The notes: a model not told the origin generated them from the letters alone. Shown: positions 28,388-39,742, numbered from the stretch's first letter. The stretch: 64,000 nt of DNA from Cyanobium sp. CACIAM 14 (GCA_000708525.1 JMRP01000009.1:2588-66587), one strand, 5' to 3'. Numbers and translations: made by a program.

Positions 28388-29542
28388 TCAGGGGCCTCCA
28401 TTCCCCTCCTGGGAGCGGTCCGGTGGCCGCCTCCGGCCCATCCGATGGCTGACCTGGCGGCTGCGTTCCTGGTAGCGATGCACCACCGGCAGCCGCTCCT
28501 CCACGTACTCCTGCAGCGCCTGCATCGGAGATGCGCAGGCGCCGGGGAGGAGCCGGGCCGCCAGGGCCACCGCATCCTCCAGTCCCGCGGTCATGCCCCG
28601 GGCCTGGGAGGAGCTCATGGCATGGGCGGCATCACCGATCAGGACCACCCGCCCCCGGGCCATCGTGGGCAGAGGATCGATGTCGTAGGACCAGTTGGCC
28701 ACCACCCCCTGCGGTGGGGTGGCGGCGATGATGGTGGCCGCGTCTTCAGGCAGCTTGGCCAGAGCACTGGCCGGCACCCGTTCCTCGAGTGCCCGTCGGC
28801 GGGCGTCGCGGTCCTCCGGCAGTGGCTCCTCCAGGAAGAAACCCCAGTGCGTGAGCTCGCGTCCCTCCGCATCGGCGCCCAGGTCGAAGAAGTTGGCATA
28901 GATGCCCCGGCCGCGGACATAGACCAGGAAATCCCCGTTCGTGCAGAACCGGGCATCGGGCACCACCCCTCGCCAGACCCGATCGCCCAGGTAGCGGAGG
29001 CGCCGCTCCGGGCAGAGCAGCGTCGCCACCTGCGAGAAGATCCCGTCGGCGCCCACCAGCAGATCTCCCTTCCACTGGCTGCCTCCGGCGAAGGTCGCGA
29101 CCACCTCCTCCGCGGTCTGGCTCCAGCCCACGAGGGAGTGGCCACCCCGGAAGCAGACGGGGTCCAGATGCTTCCAGAGGGCATCGAGAATGGCCCGGCG
29201 ATGGATCAGCAGGGAGGGCAGTTCCCCCGCCTCCCGCTCGGCGGAACTGGCCTCGATCAGACCGCCGCGCAGGTTGCGGAAGACGAAGCGCTGCACGGGA
29301 TGGCCGCCCGCGAGCAGGTCGTCGAGCAGCCCGGGGATGGCCGCAGCCGCGACCGCCTCGACGCCGCTCTTCACCAGCAGGATGCCGCAACCCTCGGTGC
29401 GCAGCTGCGGCGAGCGTTCGAACAGGGAGACCCGGTGGCCCTGCCGCTGCAGCAGCAGGCTGAGCAGCAGTCCGGAACTGCCGGCGCCGACCACGGCGAT
29501 GCGGAGAGGCACCACCGGCTGCTGCTCCTCCGGGGGACTCAT
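28388..29542 (-). CDS. FAD-dependent monooxygenase
   Basis: IAVVGAGSSGLLLSLLL (GxGxxG) and GDAAHAMSSSQARGMTAGLEDA. Confidence 0.85.
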   Translation of the reverse strand: MSPPEEQQPVVPLRIAVVGAGSSGLLLSLLLQRQGHRVSLFERSPQLRTEGCGILLVKSGVEAVAAAAIPGLLDDLLAGGHPVQRFVFRNLRGGLIEASSAEREAGELPSLLIHRRAILDALWKHLDPVCFRGGHSLVGWSQTAEEVVATFAGGSQWKGDLLVGADGIFSQVATLLCPERRLRYLGDRVWRGVVPDARFCTNGDFLVYVRGRGIYANFFDLGADAEGRELTHWGFFLEEPLPEDRDARRRALEERVPASALAKLPEDAATIIAATPPQGVVANWSYDIDPLPTMARGRVVLIGDAAHAMSSSQARGMTAGLEDAVALAARLLPGACASPMQALQEYVEERLPVVHRYQERSRQVSHRMGRRRPPDRSQEGNGGP

Positions 29543-29991
29543 GCGCTCACGGCAGGCTCCAGGATGCTGGCATGGAGGACATCCATCACCTCCAGGACCT
29601 TGGCGGTCTCTTCGGAGCCCAGGCCCAGGGTGGTGGCCAGGTCGGCGAGGATCCTCTGCTCCTGATCCTCCAGGGGGCCATCGGAACGCATGATTTCCGC
29701 CGCCACGGCGTAGGCCGTGTGCCGCTGGCGTTCATCGAGCACCGCGGCGGCGTCCTCCATCAGCCCGATCGACCCCTTGGCCCGCAGGGACTGGAGCAGG
29801 GTGTCCATCAGGGCGATCATCTCCTTGTCGGTGCGGCCCTTGAAGGGGGCCCGGTAGTCGAGGGCGTGCCGCAAGGCCCTGGTGCCCGCCATGGTCAGCG
29901 CCCCGTCCCAGGAGACGGCGGCGAGAGCGACAGCGGCAAAGGCCGTTGGTGCGTCCATGGACAACGTGAAAGCGACGGGAGTCCCCGTCAT
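29539..29991 (-). CDS. TerB-like (tellurite-resistance fold) protein
   Basis: The pattern VSWDGALTMAGTRALRHAL ... AVAAEIMRSDGPLEDQEQRILADLA is typical of TerB-N-like domains. Assignment is tentative. Confidence 0.5.
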   Translation of the reverse strand: MTGTPVAFTLSMDAPTAFAAVALAAVSWDGALTMAGTRALRHALDYRAPFKGRTDKEMIALMDTLLQSLRAKGSIGLMEDAAAVLDERQRHTAYAVAAEIMRSDGPLEDQEQRILADLATTLGLGSEETAKVLEVMDVLHASILEPAVSA

Positions 29992-30068
29992 CGGTCGATG
30001 ACGGTCCGTCTGTCGGTGGCCGATGCGACCGAATCAGGGAACGGTGCCCAACGGCACGCCTGGCCGGC

Positions 30069-30332
30069 TCAACGTTTCGGAGCCACGCCCCCGGCACTGG
30101 ATTCCCGGCACAGCTGCTGATACAGGGCTTCCGGTGCCACGAAGCGGGCCGGTCGGCAGCCGTGCAGGAGGGCCAGTTGCTCCCAGCACACCGTCCTCTG
30201 CACGTTCCTGAGGCTCTTGCCTTCCAGAACCAGCATGCGCATGGCTCGGCGATAGGTTCCGTAGCGGGACGCAAGGTCCTGCAGATCGGGGGAGGGCTCA
30301 CCACCGGTGAGCGGGTAGGCCTTGGTGCTCAT
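30069..30332 (-). CDS. Small conserved protein with an RTVCW motif (possibly DUF3136-type). Paralog of 52735-53001.
   Basis: YRRAMRMLVLEGKSLRNVQRTVCWEQLALLHGC aligns with YCKALRLLVREGRTLRKIQRTVCWQRLEQLHQC at the second locus. Confidence 0.6.
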   Translation of the reverse strand: MSTKAYPLTGGEPSPDLQDLASRYGTYRRAMRMLVLEGKSLRNVQRTVCWEQLALLHGCRPARFVAPEALYQQLCRESSAGGVAPKR

Positions 30333-30638
30333 GGGCTGAGTCCAGCATCCACCACGGGGTCGTGACTGTGCCGGTGGGAACCAAGCCCGCAGCTCCTGTG
30401 TCCGGATCCGGCCCGTCAAGGGAGCGTTGGAACGGCTCCCCACGGCGATCGCAGCGGCGACCGATCGGTGACGCCGACATCTCGGGATCCTGAAGACGGC
30501 TCGGCCTGACGAGCCCGAACCCTGAAGAATCGTTGCCTCCCGGTGGCCTGCCGGGGTGCCTTGGGCCGACAGGGGTACGTTGAATCGAGGGGCTCCGGGC
30601 GCACAGGGGCGCAAGGTTCTCCCCCTCCCTTGTGGCCG

Positions 30639-30818
30639 ATGCAACTCCAGCTCGATGCCATCAACCTGCTGCTCAGGGATCTCGGGGTCGCCGACCACGC
30701 CCTCCTGCACCGCGCTGCCTTTCGCGGCTGCAGCCGGGAACTGGATGATCTGCGGGCCGAGCTGATCGCCTACCTCAGGGAGCGCCGCGAGCAGCTCAGG
30801 AGCGGCAGGGAGCGCTGA
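30639..30818 (+). CDS. Hypothetical small protein (59 aa)
   Basis: MQLQLDAINLLLRDLGV ... ELDDLRAELIAYLRERREQL has a helical, protein-like composition. It is divergent from the RTVCW gene. Confidence 0.3.
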   Translation: MQLQLDAINLLLRDLGVADHALLHRAAFRGCSRELDDLRAELIAYLRERREQLRSGRER

Positions 30819-30849
30819 GACCGCCGTCCCGCTCGCTCCCCCCCTGCGG

Positions 30850-30996
30850 CAGCCGCTCCTCGTCGCCGGGACGGTACTTGCCGGTGCGCACCAGCAGGCC
30901 CGGTCACGGTGCCGAAGCCACCGCTTTCACGACCCCTGGAAACGGGGTCCCGTCCTCGAACAGGACCCCGTTCAGATCCAGCAGCAGGGCCGGCAT
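30850..30996 (-). pseudogene. Internally deleted remnant of an HAD-IIA-type phosphatase gene
   Basis: The minus strand reads MPALLLDLNGVLFEDGTPFPGVVKAV (HAD motif I, DxNGV), a TGA, then in frame GLLVRTGKYRPGDEE, which is the C-terminal LV.TGKY..DE motif of LHPP/HDHD2-like enzymes. About 200 central codons are missing. Confidence 0.55.
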
Positions 30997-31012
30997 CCGT
31001 GCCGCCCCGGGA

Positions 31013-33181
<2,169 letters not shown>

Positions 33182-33286
33182 GGGATCGGCTTGGGTTGGC
33201 AGGAGGGTATCCAATCCTTGCGTCAGGCCCCCTGTGTGGAGCCGTTGATACAGAACGGCCGGATGCCTGCAGGCCCACACAGGGGC

Positions 33287-33724
33287 TCAGCGCAGATAGG
33301 CCCGGATCGCCGGCCGGCACCAGAACACCAGCGCCGCGATGGTCAGAGCCCAGATCGCCGGAGCGAGGACGGCCAGCTGGAGCCTGCCCTCGCCGACGAG
33401 CACCAGCCGGACGACGGCGTAGGCCAGCTCGGTCGCCAGGGCCATCGCCAGGGCCACGATCGCCAGCACCTGGCCCCAGAGGCGCCACTGCAGCAGGGCG
33501 ATGCAGGCCACGATGCCCAGGGCGACCGTGGGCAGGAGGGCACTGGTGTAGACGATGATGTTGACGGTTCGCCAGACGGGGTCGCGCAGGATCACCAGCA
33601 GGCCCAGCGGCAGGGCCAGCAGATTGAGGGCCAGGCCCAGCCAGGCCAGAACGCGATAGCCGTGTGGGGGCTGAAGTTCCGCCAGGGCGGTGGGCGTGGC
33701 CGAGAGCAAGCGCATGGGCCGCAT
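33287..33724 (-). CDS. Hypothetical integral membrane protein (four predicted TM segments)
   Basis: Hydrophobic segments WLGLALNLLALPLGLLVIL, IIVYTSALLPTVALGIVACIALL, VLAIVALAMALATELAYAV and AVLAPAIWALTIAALVFW. Confidence 0.55.
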   Translation of the reverse strand: MRPMRLLSATPTALAELQPPHGYRVLAWLGLALNLLALPLGLLVILRDPVWRTVNIIVYTSALLPTVALGIVACIALLQWRLWGQVLAIVALAMALATELAYAVVRLVLVGEGRLQLAVLAPAIWALTIAALVFWCRPAIRAYLR

Positions 33725-33728
33725 TCTC

Positions 33729-34106
33729 TCAGTTGTGCTTTCCGTTACGGTCCGGGAGCGCACCGTCCCGGTCGGAACGAAACACCAGGTCGAGGTCGGG
33801 CATGACCTGGGCCGCGATCGCCACCAGGCCTTCGAACAGCCCCTTGGTGAGGGGGGCGCCCGTTCCCATGGCTTCCCGGCTCATCAGCACGAGTTCCAGA
33901 ACGGGGCCATCGGCCTTGGCCTGGACATCCGCGATCAACTGCAGCCGCAGGGTCTCGTGCTCTCCCCGCACGAAGGCACTGAGGTGGGCGGGAGAGCGAT
34001 GGTCCACATCGGCGCAGAAACGGTCGATCAGGGGCTCGAGCCGTTCGATGAGCTCCTGCGGCGGCAGGGGCGAGCGGGGCCTGAAGACCAGCAGAAAACG
34101 GGCCAT
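33729..34106 (-). CDS. Hypothetical protein (125 aa)
   Basis: MARFLLVFRPRSPLPPQELIERLEPLIDRFCADV ... has protein-like composition. The upstream part of the track ORF is R/P-rich. Confidence 0.45.
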   Translation of the reverse strand: MARFLLVFRPRSPLPPQELIERLEPLIDRFCADVDHRSPAHLSAFVRGEHETLRLQLIADVQAKADGPVLELVLMSREAMGTGAPLTKGLFEGLVAIAAQVMPDLDLVFRSDRDGALPDRNGKHN

Positions 34107-34176
34107 GATCTGGAATCTCTGACCCCATCCTGGAGCCGCAGGCGGCCGAGGCATGGCACGCTGCCGTGCCGCCGGA

Positions 34177-34914
34177 TCAGCGCAGTTCGAACAGGAGCAG
34201 GTCGGCCCCGGCCTCGGAGGCCTCGAAGATCTGGCCGGGTCCCGGCGGGAAGCCAACGCCATCGCCCCGCTCCAGCGACCTGCCGAACGCGGTCCCACCT
34301 CCCTCGATCAGCTGCAGCCAGCCCCTGGCATCGGCGGCGATCCCCAGATCCAGCCGCTCTCCGGCGGCGGGACGTGCCCGCCAGAGCCGCACCGGCCGGT
34401 TGATGGCCAGCGCCCCTTCCCGACCTTGGGGATCCAGCAGCGGCGTCCAGCCCGCGTGGATCTGGAAGGGCTCCTGGCGGTAGGCGGGAGGGAAGCCCCC
34501 GCGGCTCGGCTCGATCCAGATCTGCAGCAGACGGCAGGGCCGCTCGCCCAGATTCATTTCGCTGTGCACCACGCCCGTGCCGGCGCTCATGGCCTGCACC
34601 TCTCCGGCCCGGAGCACCTCGCTGTGGCCCATGGAGTCGCGGTGGTTCAGCTGGCCCTCAACCATCACCGTGACGATCTCCATGTCCCGGTGGGGATGCA
34701 TGCCGAAGCCGCGGCCGGCGGCGATGGTGTCGTCGTTGATCACGCGCAGCGGCCCGAATCCCATCCAGACCGGGTCGAAATGTCCGGCGAAGGAGAAGCT
34801 GTGCCAGCTCTCCAGCCAGTCGAGCCGGCTGTGGAAGCGCTCGGCGGCGGGCCGCACCACCAGAGACCCCGCCGTGGCGCCATCGGGTCGGGGAGAGGAA
34901 GAGGTGCTGGTCAT
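34177..34914 (-). CDS. Pirin-family protein
   Basis: WHSFSFA ... GFGMHPHRDMEIVT ... QAMSAGTGVVHSE (cupin metal ligands). Confidence 0.85.
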   Translation of the reverse strand: MTSTSSSPRPDGATAGSLVVRPAAERFHSRLDWLESWHSFSFAGHFDPVWMGFGPLRVINDDTIAAGRGFGMHPHRDMEIVTVMVEGQLNHRDSMGHSEVLRAGEVQAMSAGTGVVHSEMNLGERPCRLLQIWIEPSRGGFPPAYRQEPFQIHAGWTPLLDPQGREGALAINRPVRLWRARPAAGERLDLGIAADARGWLQLIEGGGTAFGRSLERGDGVGFPPGPGQIFEASEAGADLLLFELR

Positions 34915-34926
34915 GGTGGGCAGGGA

Positions 34927-35445
34927 TCAGGTGTGGAACGGTTGCATGGCCTGGAGGCGCCGGACGATGTCGTCGATGCTGCTGTCCTTGGCGGGGTTGT
35001 TGCGGTTGCTGGTGAGCTGGCGACCCACCACGTGTGCTCCGAGATGGGCCAGCTGGATCCTCAGCACCGCCAGCACCTCCACGCCCGGCCCCCCCGAGTG
35101 GGTGGCGATGGCGATCGGGCGACCGTTGAACAGGCTGCGGAAGCCATCCCCCTGGACCGACAGCCAGGCGATGGTGCTGGTCAGCACCGGCGGGAGAGAT
35201 CCGTTGTATTCGGGGGCGCAGATCACCCAGCGGGGGGCGCCGTCCAGTCGCCGGCTGAGCGGGCCCACCGCCTCGGGCACGCCGGCTTCGGCATGGGTGC
35301 GCGGGTTGTACAGGGGCAGGGTGAGGGTGGTGAGGTCGAGAACCTCCGTCTCCATGCCAAGGGCCTGGCCGGCGGAGGCGAAGCGTTCCGCGAGTTTCAG
35401 GTTCTCGCCGTTGCTTGAGCTGAGAACGAGCAGATCGGTGGGCAT
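34927..35445 (-). CDS. NAD(P)H-dependent FMN reductase family protein
   Basis: LVLSSSNG ... WVICAPEYNGSLPPVL, a flavodoxin-like fold pattern. Confidence 0.75.
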   Translation of the reverse strand: MPTDLLVLSSSNGENLKLAERFASAGQALGMETEVLDLTTLTLPLYNPRTHAEAGVPEAVGPLSRRLDGAPRWVICAPEYNGSLPPVLTSTIAWLSVQGDGFRSLFNGRPIAIATHSGGPGVEVLAVLRIQLAHLGAHVVGRQLTSNRNNPAKDSSIDDIVRRLQAMQPFHT

Positions 35446-35446
35446 C

Positions 35447-36514
35447 TCAGGCGGCCGTCAGGAAGGGATAGTCGGTGTAACCGGCTGCTCCGGGGGAGTA
35501 GTAGGTGGCGGGGTCGGGGAGCTGCAGGGGGGCGCCACGGCGGATCCTCTCGGGCAGGTCGGGATTGGCCAGGAAGGCATTGCCGAAGGCCACCGCGTCC
35601 AGCTCGCCGGCGGCGATGGCGGCCGTCGCTTCGGCGGGGGTGTACCCCATGTTCCCCACCAGCACCCCACGGAAGCGCTCCCGTACGGGGGTGAGCACGT
35701 CGCCCTGCTGCTGGCCCAGGAAGTCGCCCCGCATCACATGCAGGTAGGCCAGGCCGCAGCCGTTGAGATGCTCCGCCAGCCAGCTGGCCAGAGCGATCGG
35801 ATCGCTGTCCTCCATGGCGTTGTAGCCGTTCAGCGGCGAGATCCGCAGTCCCACCAGATCCGCTTCCTGCCGCACGGCCTCGAGCACTTCCAGCAGCAGC
35901 CGTGCCCGGTTGGCCACCGGTCCTCCGTAGGCACCGCTGCGCCTGTTGCTGCCGTCCCGGAGAAAGGCGTCGAGCAGGTAGCCGTTGGCCCCATGCACCT
36001 CGACCCCGTCGAAGCCGGCGGCAATGGCGTTGCGGGCGGCGTGGCGGAATCCCTCCACGATCCCGGGCAGCTCATCGTCGTGGAGCTCGCGCGGCACCAC
36101 GTAGGGCTGTTTGCCCTCGGGGGTGTGCACCTCGTCGCCGGTGATGGCGATCGGACTCGGCGCCACCGGCTGACGGCCGCCGTTGAGCAGGGGGTGGCAG
36201 GCCCGGCCGCCGTGCCACAGCTGCAGCACGATCCGTCCGCCGGCCCCGTGGACCGCGTCGGTGGTGAGCCGCCAGCCCTCCACCTGGGCCTGGGAATAGA
36301 TGCCGGGTTCCCGCCAGAAGGCGGAGTTCCCCTCCATCACCATGGTGGCCTCGGCGATCAGCAGCCCAGCGCCGGCCCGCTGCCGGTAGTAGGTCGCCAT
36401 CAGGGCCCCCGGCACGTGTTCCGGTTCGGCGCGGCAGCGGGTGAGGGGCGCCATCAGGATCCGGTTGGGCAGCTCCAGGGGGCCCAGTGTCAGGGGGGTG
36501 AACAGGTCGGTCAT
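35447..36514 (-). CDS. Old Yellow Enzyme family NADH:flavin oxidoreductase (NemA-like)
   Basis: NRILMAPLTR ... LQLWHGGR ... GFDGVEVHGANGYLLDAFL ... RSGAYGG. Confidence 0.88.
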   Translation of the reverse strand: MTDLFTPLTLGPLELPNRILMAPLTRCRAEPEHVPGALMATYYRQRAGAGLLIAEATMVMEGNSAFWREPGIYSQAQVEGWRLTTDAVHGAGGRIVLQLWHGGRACHPLLNGGRQPVAPSPIAITGDEVHTPEGKQPYVVPRELHDDELPGIVEGFRHAARNAIAAGFDGVEVHGANGYLLDAFLRDGSNRRSGAYGGPVANRARLLLEVLEAVRQEADLVGLRISPLNGYNAMEDSDPIALASWLAEHLNGCGLAYLHVMRGDFLGQQQGDVLTPVRERFRGVLVGNMGYTPAEATAAIAAGELDAVAFGNAFLANPDLPERIRRGAPLQLPDPATYYSPGAAGYTDYPFLTAA

Positions 36515-36535
36515 CGCAGGGGAGCGTCAGGGGGA

Positions 36536-38653
36536 TCAGGGAGGCGGTGGGCCGGCATCCTGGAAGTGAGGGCCGGCCATGGGGTTCAAGGTTGCAGGGA
36601 GACTCCGGACGAGTTGCAGGACGATTCTCGGAACAGGTGGCGCCAGGCCCGACGACACCGCACGCGCCCCGCTCCCGGTGGACTGTGCTGCCTCACCGTG
36701 CCGGGTCAGCGGCGGCGGCGATGGTGGCCGCTGGGGAATGAGGCTGCGCTGGAACCAGCCCTCCGGCCGCACCGGTTGCAGCAGCCGCACCAGCACCAGC
36801 GGCAGGGTCAGGGGCTCGAAGGGCGCTCGCAGGGTGGGCCAGAGTCCTTCGCGGCGGTAGAGCAGGGTGTCCAGGCGGTCCCGCTGTGACGGCGTGAGCG
36901 GGCCCCACAGCCCGCCGACGGCACCGGCGCGCCGCGCCACGGGCAGGAAGGGAAGGGGTGTCCCCGGGAGCAGGCCTTCCAGCGTGAATCCTTCGGCCGA
37001 GGCCGGGATCTCCGCGGCGGCGTCCCGCTCCAGGACGATTTCGGCCCCGTAGCCGCTGATGGCCTGCAGACGGGCCATGCCACTGCCCCCCCGGTGCCGC
37101 AGGCGCAGGGGCAGCGGCAGGGCGAACCAGGGAATCCCATCGCTCCCCGGCCGGTCCCAGCAACTGCGGATCGCCAGCAGAAGCAGCAGCCCGTTGAGGA
37201 GGCTCCATCCCAGTGCCACGCCCACGGTGGCTGCGGGGACCGGCAGCGTGCCGCCCTGGCCGGCGAGCAGGGGCAGCCGGCCTGGCACCAGGTTCCAGAG
37301 GGCCATCAGCTGCAGGCCGAACAGCGCCAGCAGGGGCAGCAGCAGACCGGGATCGGGGCCTGAGGCCCCGCGGCCGATCACCGCCTTCGGGGTCACCCGG
37401 AACCGCCGGGGCCGGCCGAGGCTGGTGGAGACCACCGCGGCACAGATCGGCACCAGGAAGATCCAGCGGTAGAGATCCGGCAGGAGCGCCGAGCGGGAAT
37501 GGCCGTTGAGCCAGCGACTGAGCAGCATCTGGCCGAGGAAGAAGGGCATGGCCACGCTGAGCAGCTCCTCCGCCCCGATCCGGATCGGGGCGACGCCCAG
37601 CAGGCCCAGGCTGAGGGGGGTGCACAGCAGCACCAGCTGGCCGGGAAAACTGAACCAGTGCAGGATGCCCTCGCTGTAGGCCAGCCGCTGCAGGGGGGTC
37701 AGTCCCGGAATGCTGAGGGGATTGGCACCGGTGCGCAGGGTCTGCAGGGAGCCGCTTCCCCACCGGCAGCGCTGACGGGCCATGGACGCGGCCGTGAACG
37801 GGGCCAGGCCGGCGCTCAGCTTCTCGTTCAGGTAGTGGTTGCGGTAGCCGGCGGCGGCGATGCGGATGCCGGTGGCCAGGTCCTCCGAGGGGGTGGCCGT
37901 TTCGAAGCCCCCCACCCGGTCGAGGGCATCGCGCCGCATCACGAAGGAGGTGCCGGCGCAGACCACGGCATCGAGGTTCTGGCGGGTGGGCTGGATCCAG
38001 CGGTAGAAGCTCTCCTCGTCCGGCAGCAGCCACCGCTCCAGACCGAGGTTCCGCATCACCGGATCGGCGTTCATGTAGCTCTGGGGGGTCTGGACGAAGC
38101 CCACGGCCGGATCGCGGAACAGACCCACCGTGCGTGCCAGGAAGGAGCGGAGGGGCACCACATCGGCATCGAACACCGCGACGAGGGCTCCCCGGCAGTG
38201 GGCGAGGCCGTGGTTGAGGTTCCCCGCCTTGGCATGGCGGTGCTCCGCTCGGGAGAGATACCGGCAGCCGAGTCGGGCGCAGAGCTCCTCCAGTTCGGGC
38301 CGCGCCTTGTCGTCGAGCAGCCACACCGTCAGGTCCGGGTAGTCCATCGCCAGGCAGCCCCCCAGACAGCGCTCCACCAGCTCGGCCGGCTCGCCGCAGG
38401 TGGGCACCAGCACGTCCACGGCGGGGGCCGGATCGGGGATCCCTCCGGCGGCGGGCACCGGCCGTTCGGGCAGCAGGGTGAACCAGAGTTGCAGGAAGAA
38501 GCCGGCCAGCAGCACCAGTTCCGCCGCCAGCGTCACCAGGCTCAGCGTCGCGGCCAGAGGGGTGGCCAGGTTCAGACTGGCACCGATGCGCCAGGCCAGG
38601 TAGCGGGCCGCGAGCAGCGTCAGCAGCAGCACCGCCCAGGGCAGCCGCGTCAT
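36536..38653 (-). CDS. Family-2 processive glycosyltransferase, cellulose-synthase (BcsA/CesA)-like, with a PilZ-like C-terminal region
   Basis: VLVPTCGEP, LLDDK, VFDADVVP, SEDLATG (TED) and QRCRWGSG (QxxRW). Multiple TM helices. The C-terminus has RSCWDR ... AISGYG, resembling a degenerate PilZ motif pair. Confidence 0.8.
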   Translation of the reverse strand: MTRLPWAVLLLTLLAARYLAWRIGASLNLATPLAATLSLVTLAAELVLLAGFFLQLWFTLLPERPVPAAGGIPDPAPAVDVLVPTCGEPAELVERCLGGCLAMDYPDLTVWLLDDKARPELEELCARLGCRYLSRAEHRHAKAGNLNHGLAHCRGALVAVFDADVVPLRSFLARTVGLFRDPAVGFVQTPQSYMNADPVMRNLGLERWLLPDEESFYRWIQPTRQNLDAVVCAGTSFVMRRDALDRVGGFETATPSEDLATGIRIAAAGYRNHYLNEKLSAGLAPFTAASMARQRCRWGSGSLQTLRTGANPLSIPGLTPLQRLAYSEGILHWFSFPGQLVLLCTPLSLGLLGVAPIRIGAEELLSVAMPFFLGQMLLSRWLNGHSRSALLPDLYRWIFLVPICAAVVSTSLGRPRRFRVTPKAVIGRGASGPDPGLLLPLLALFGLQLMALWNLVPGRLPLLAGQGGTLPVPAATVGVALGWSLLNGLLLLLAIRSCWDRPGSDGIPWFALPLPLRLRHRGGSGMARLQAISGYGAEIVLERDAAAEIPASAEGFTLEGLLPGTPLPFLPVARRAGAVGGLWGPLTPSQRDRLDTLLYRREGLWPTLRAPFEPLTLPLVLVRLLQPVRPEGWFQRSLIPQRPPSPPPLTRHGEAAQSTGSGARAVSSGLAPPVPRIVLQLVRSLPATLNPMAGPHFQDAGPPPP

Positions 38654-38767
38654 GGAGCCTCGCAGAATGTGTAGAAAACCCTAGGAAGCTTTGCGGGGGA
38701 TTCGCTCGTGATAGCCACTGCCGATCAGGCGATCGCCCAGACTTTCCCAACAGATCTCTGCTGAGGC

Positions 38768-39742
38768 ATGTCGGAAGCAGCGGCGCCGGTCGGGCCACCG
38801 GCCAGCGCCTTCCCTCCCCTGCATCGCGACAGGTTGCTGACGCTCCAGGTGAACCTGGGCTACCGCTGCAATCAGGCCTGCAGCCACTGCCATGTGAACG
38901 CCGGCCCCACGCGCACGGAGAGCATGGATCCGGCGACCCTGGCCCTGATCCCCCCCGTGCTCGAGGCCCGCGCCATCCGCACGCTGGATCTCACCGGTGG
39001 TGCCCCCGAGCTGCACCCGCAGTTCCGCGACCTCGTGCGTCGTGCCCGGTCCATGGGCGTCACGGTGATCGATCGCTGCAACCTGACGATCCTGTCGGAA
39101 ACCGGCCAGGAGGATCTGGCGGACTTTCTGGCGGAGCAGGGTGTCACGGTGGTGGCCTCGCTCCCCTGCTACCTGGAGGAGAACGTGGACCGTCAACGGG
39201 GATCCGGTGTCTTCGCCCGCAGCATCGCCGGCCTTCAGCGACTCAACGGGCTCGGCTATGGCCAGCCGGACTCCCCGCTGGAACTGGATCTGGTGTTCAA
39301 CCCCCAGGGGCCTGTGCTGCCACCCGACCAGGCTTCCCTGGAAGCCGATTACCGGCGCATCCTCCGGCTGGAGCACGGTGTGGTCTTTCATCACCTGTAC
39401 GCCCTGGCCAACATGCCGATCCAGCGCTTCGCCCAGGTGCTCCGCAGCACCGGCGAGCTGGACGCCTACCAGGAGCTGCTGCGCCGCCACCATCGGCCCG
39501 CCAACCTGCCCCACGTGATGTGCCGCCAGCTGATCAGCGTCGACTGGCAGGGGCGACTGTTCGACTGCGATTTCAATCAGCAGCTCGGCCTGCCGGCGGC
39601 CTGGGGCGTGGCGGAGGGACGACCGCCCCATTTGGCTGATCTGCTGGGGCAGGATCCGGTCGGTGCCCCCATCCGGGTGGCGTCGCACTGCTTCGGCTGC
39701 ACCGCCGGCAGCGGCTCCAGCTGCGGCGGCGCCCTCAACTGA
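38768..39742 (+). CDS. Radical SAM / Cys-rich C-terminal domain protein (ArsS-like arsenosugar-biosynthesis family)
   Basis: NLGYRCNQACSHCHVNAGP (CxxxCxxC), TGGAPEL, and the C-terminal CRQLISVDWQGRLFDCDFN ... HCFGCTAGSGSSCGG. Confidence 0.65.
   Translation: MSEAAAPVGPPASAFPPLHRDRLLTLQVNLGYRCNQACSHCHVNAGPTRTESMDPATLALIPPVLEARAIRTLDLTGGAPELHPQFRDLVRRARSMGVTVIDRCNLTILSETGQEDLADFLAEQGVTVVASLPCYLEENVDRQRGSGVFARSIAGLQRLNGLGYGQPDSPLELDLVFNPQGPVLPPDQASLEADYRRILRLEHGVVFHHLYALANMPIQRFAQVLRSTGELDAYQELLRRHHRPANLPHVMCRQLISVDWQGRLFDCDFNQQLGLPAAWGVAEGRPPHLADLLGQDPVGAPIRVASHCFGCTAGSGSSCGGALN

Noticed and set aside
33182-33286. Searched for an NtcA box (GTA-N8-TAC) upstream of glnN
   Set aside because: Only GTATCCAATCCTTG and GTTGATACAGAACG-type near-misses with wrong spacing or ends were found. 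No convincing site could be supported by eye.
36693-38798. 701-aa minus-strand ORF overlapping the BcsA-like gene in another frame
   Set aside because: It is extremely Arg/Pro/Gly-rich. The alternative frame (36536-38653) contains all GT-2 cellulose-synthase motifs and hydrophobic helices.
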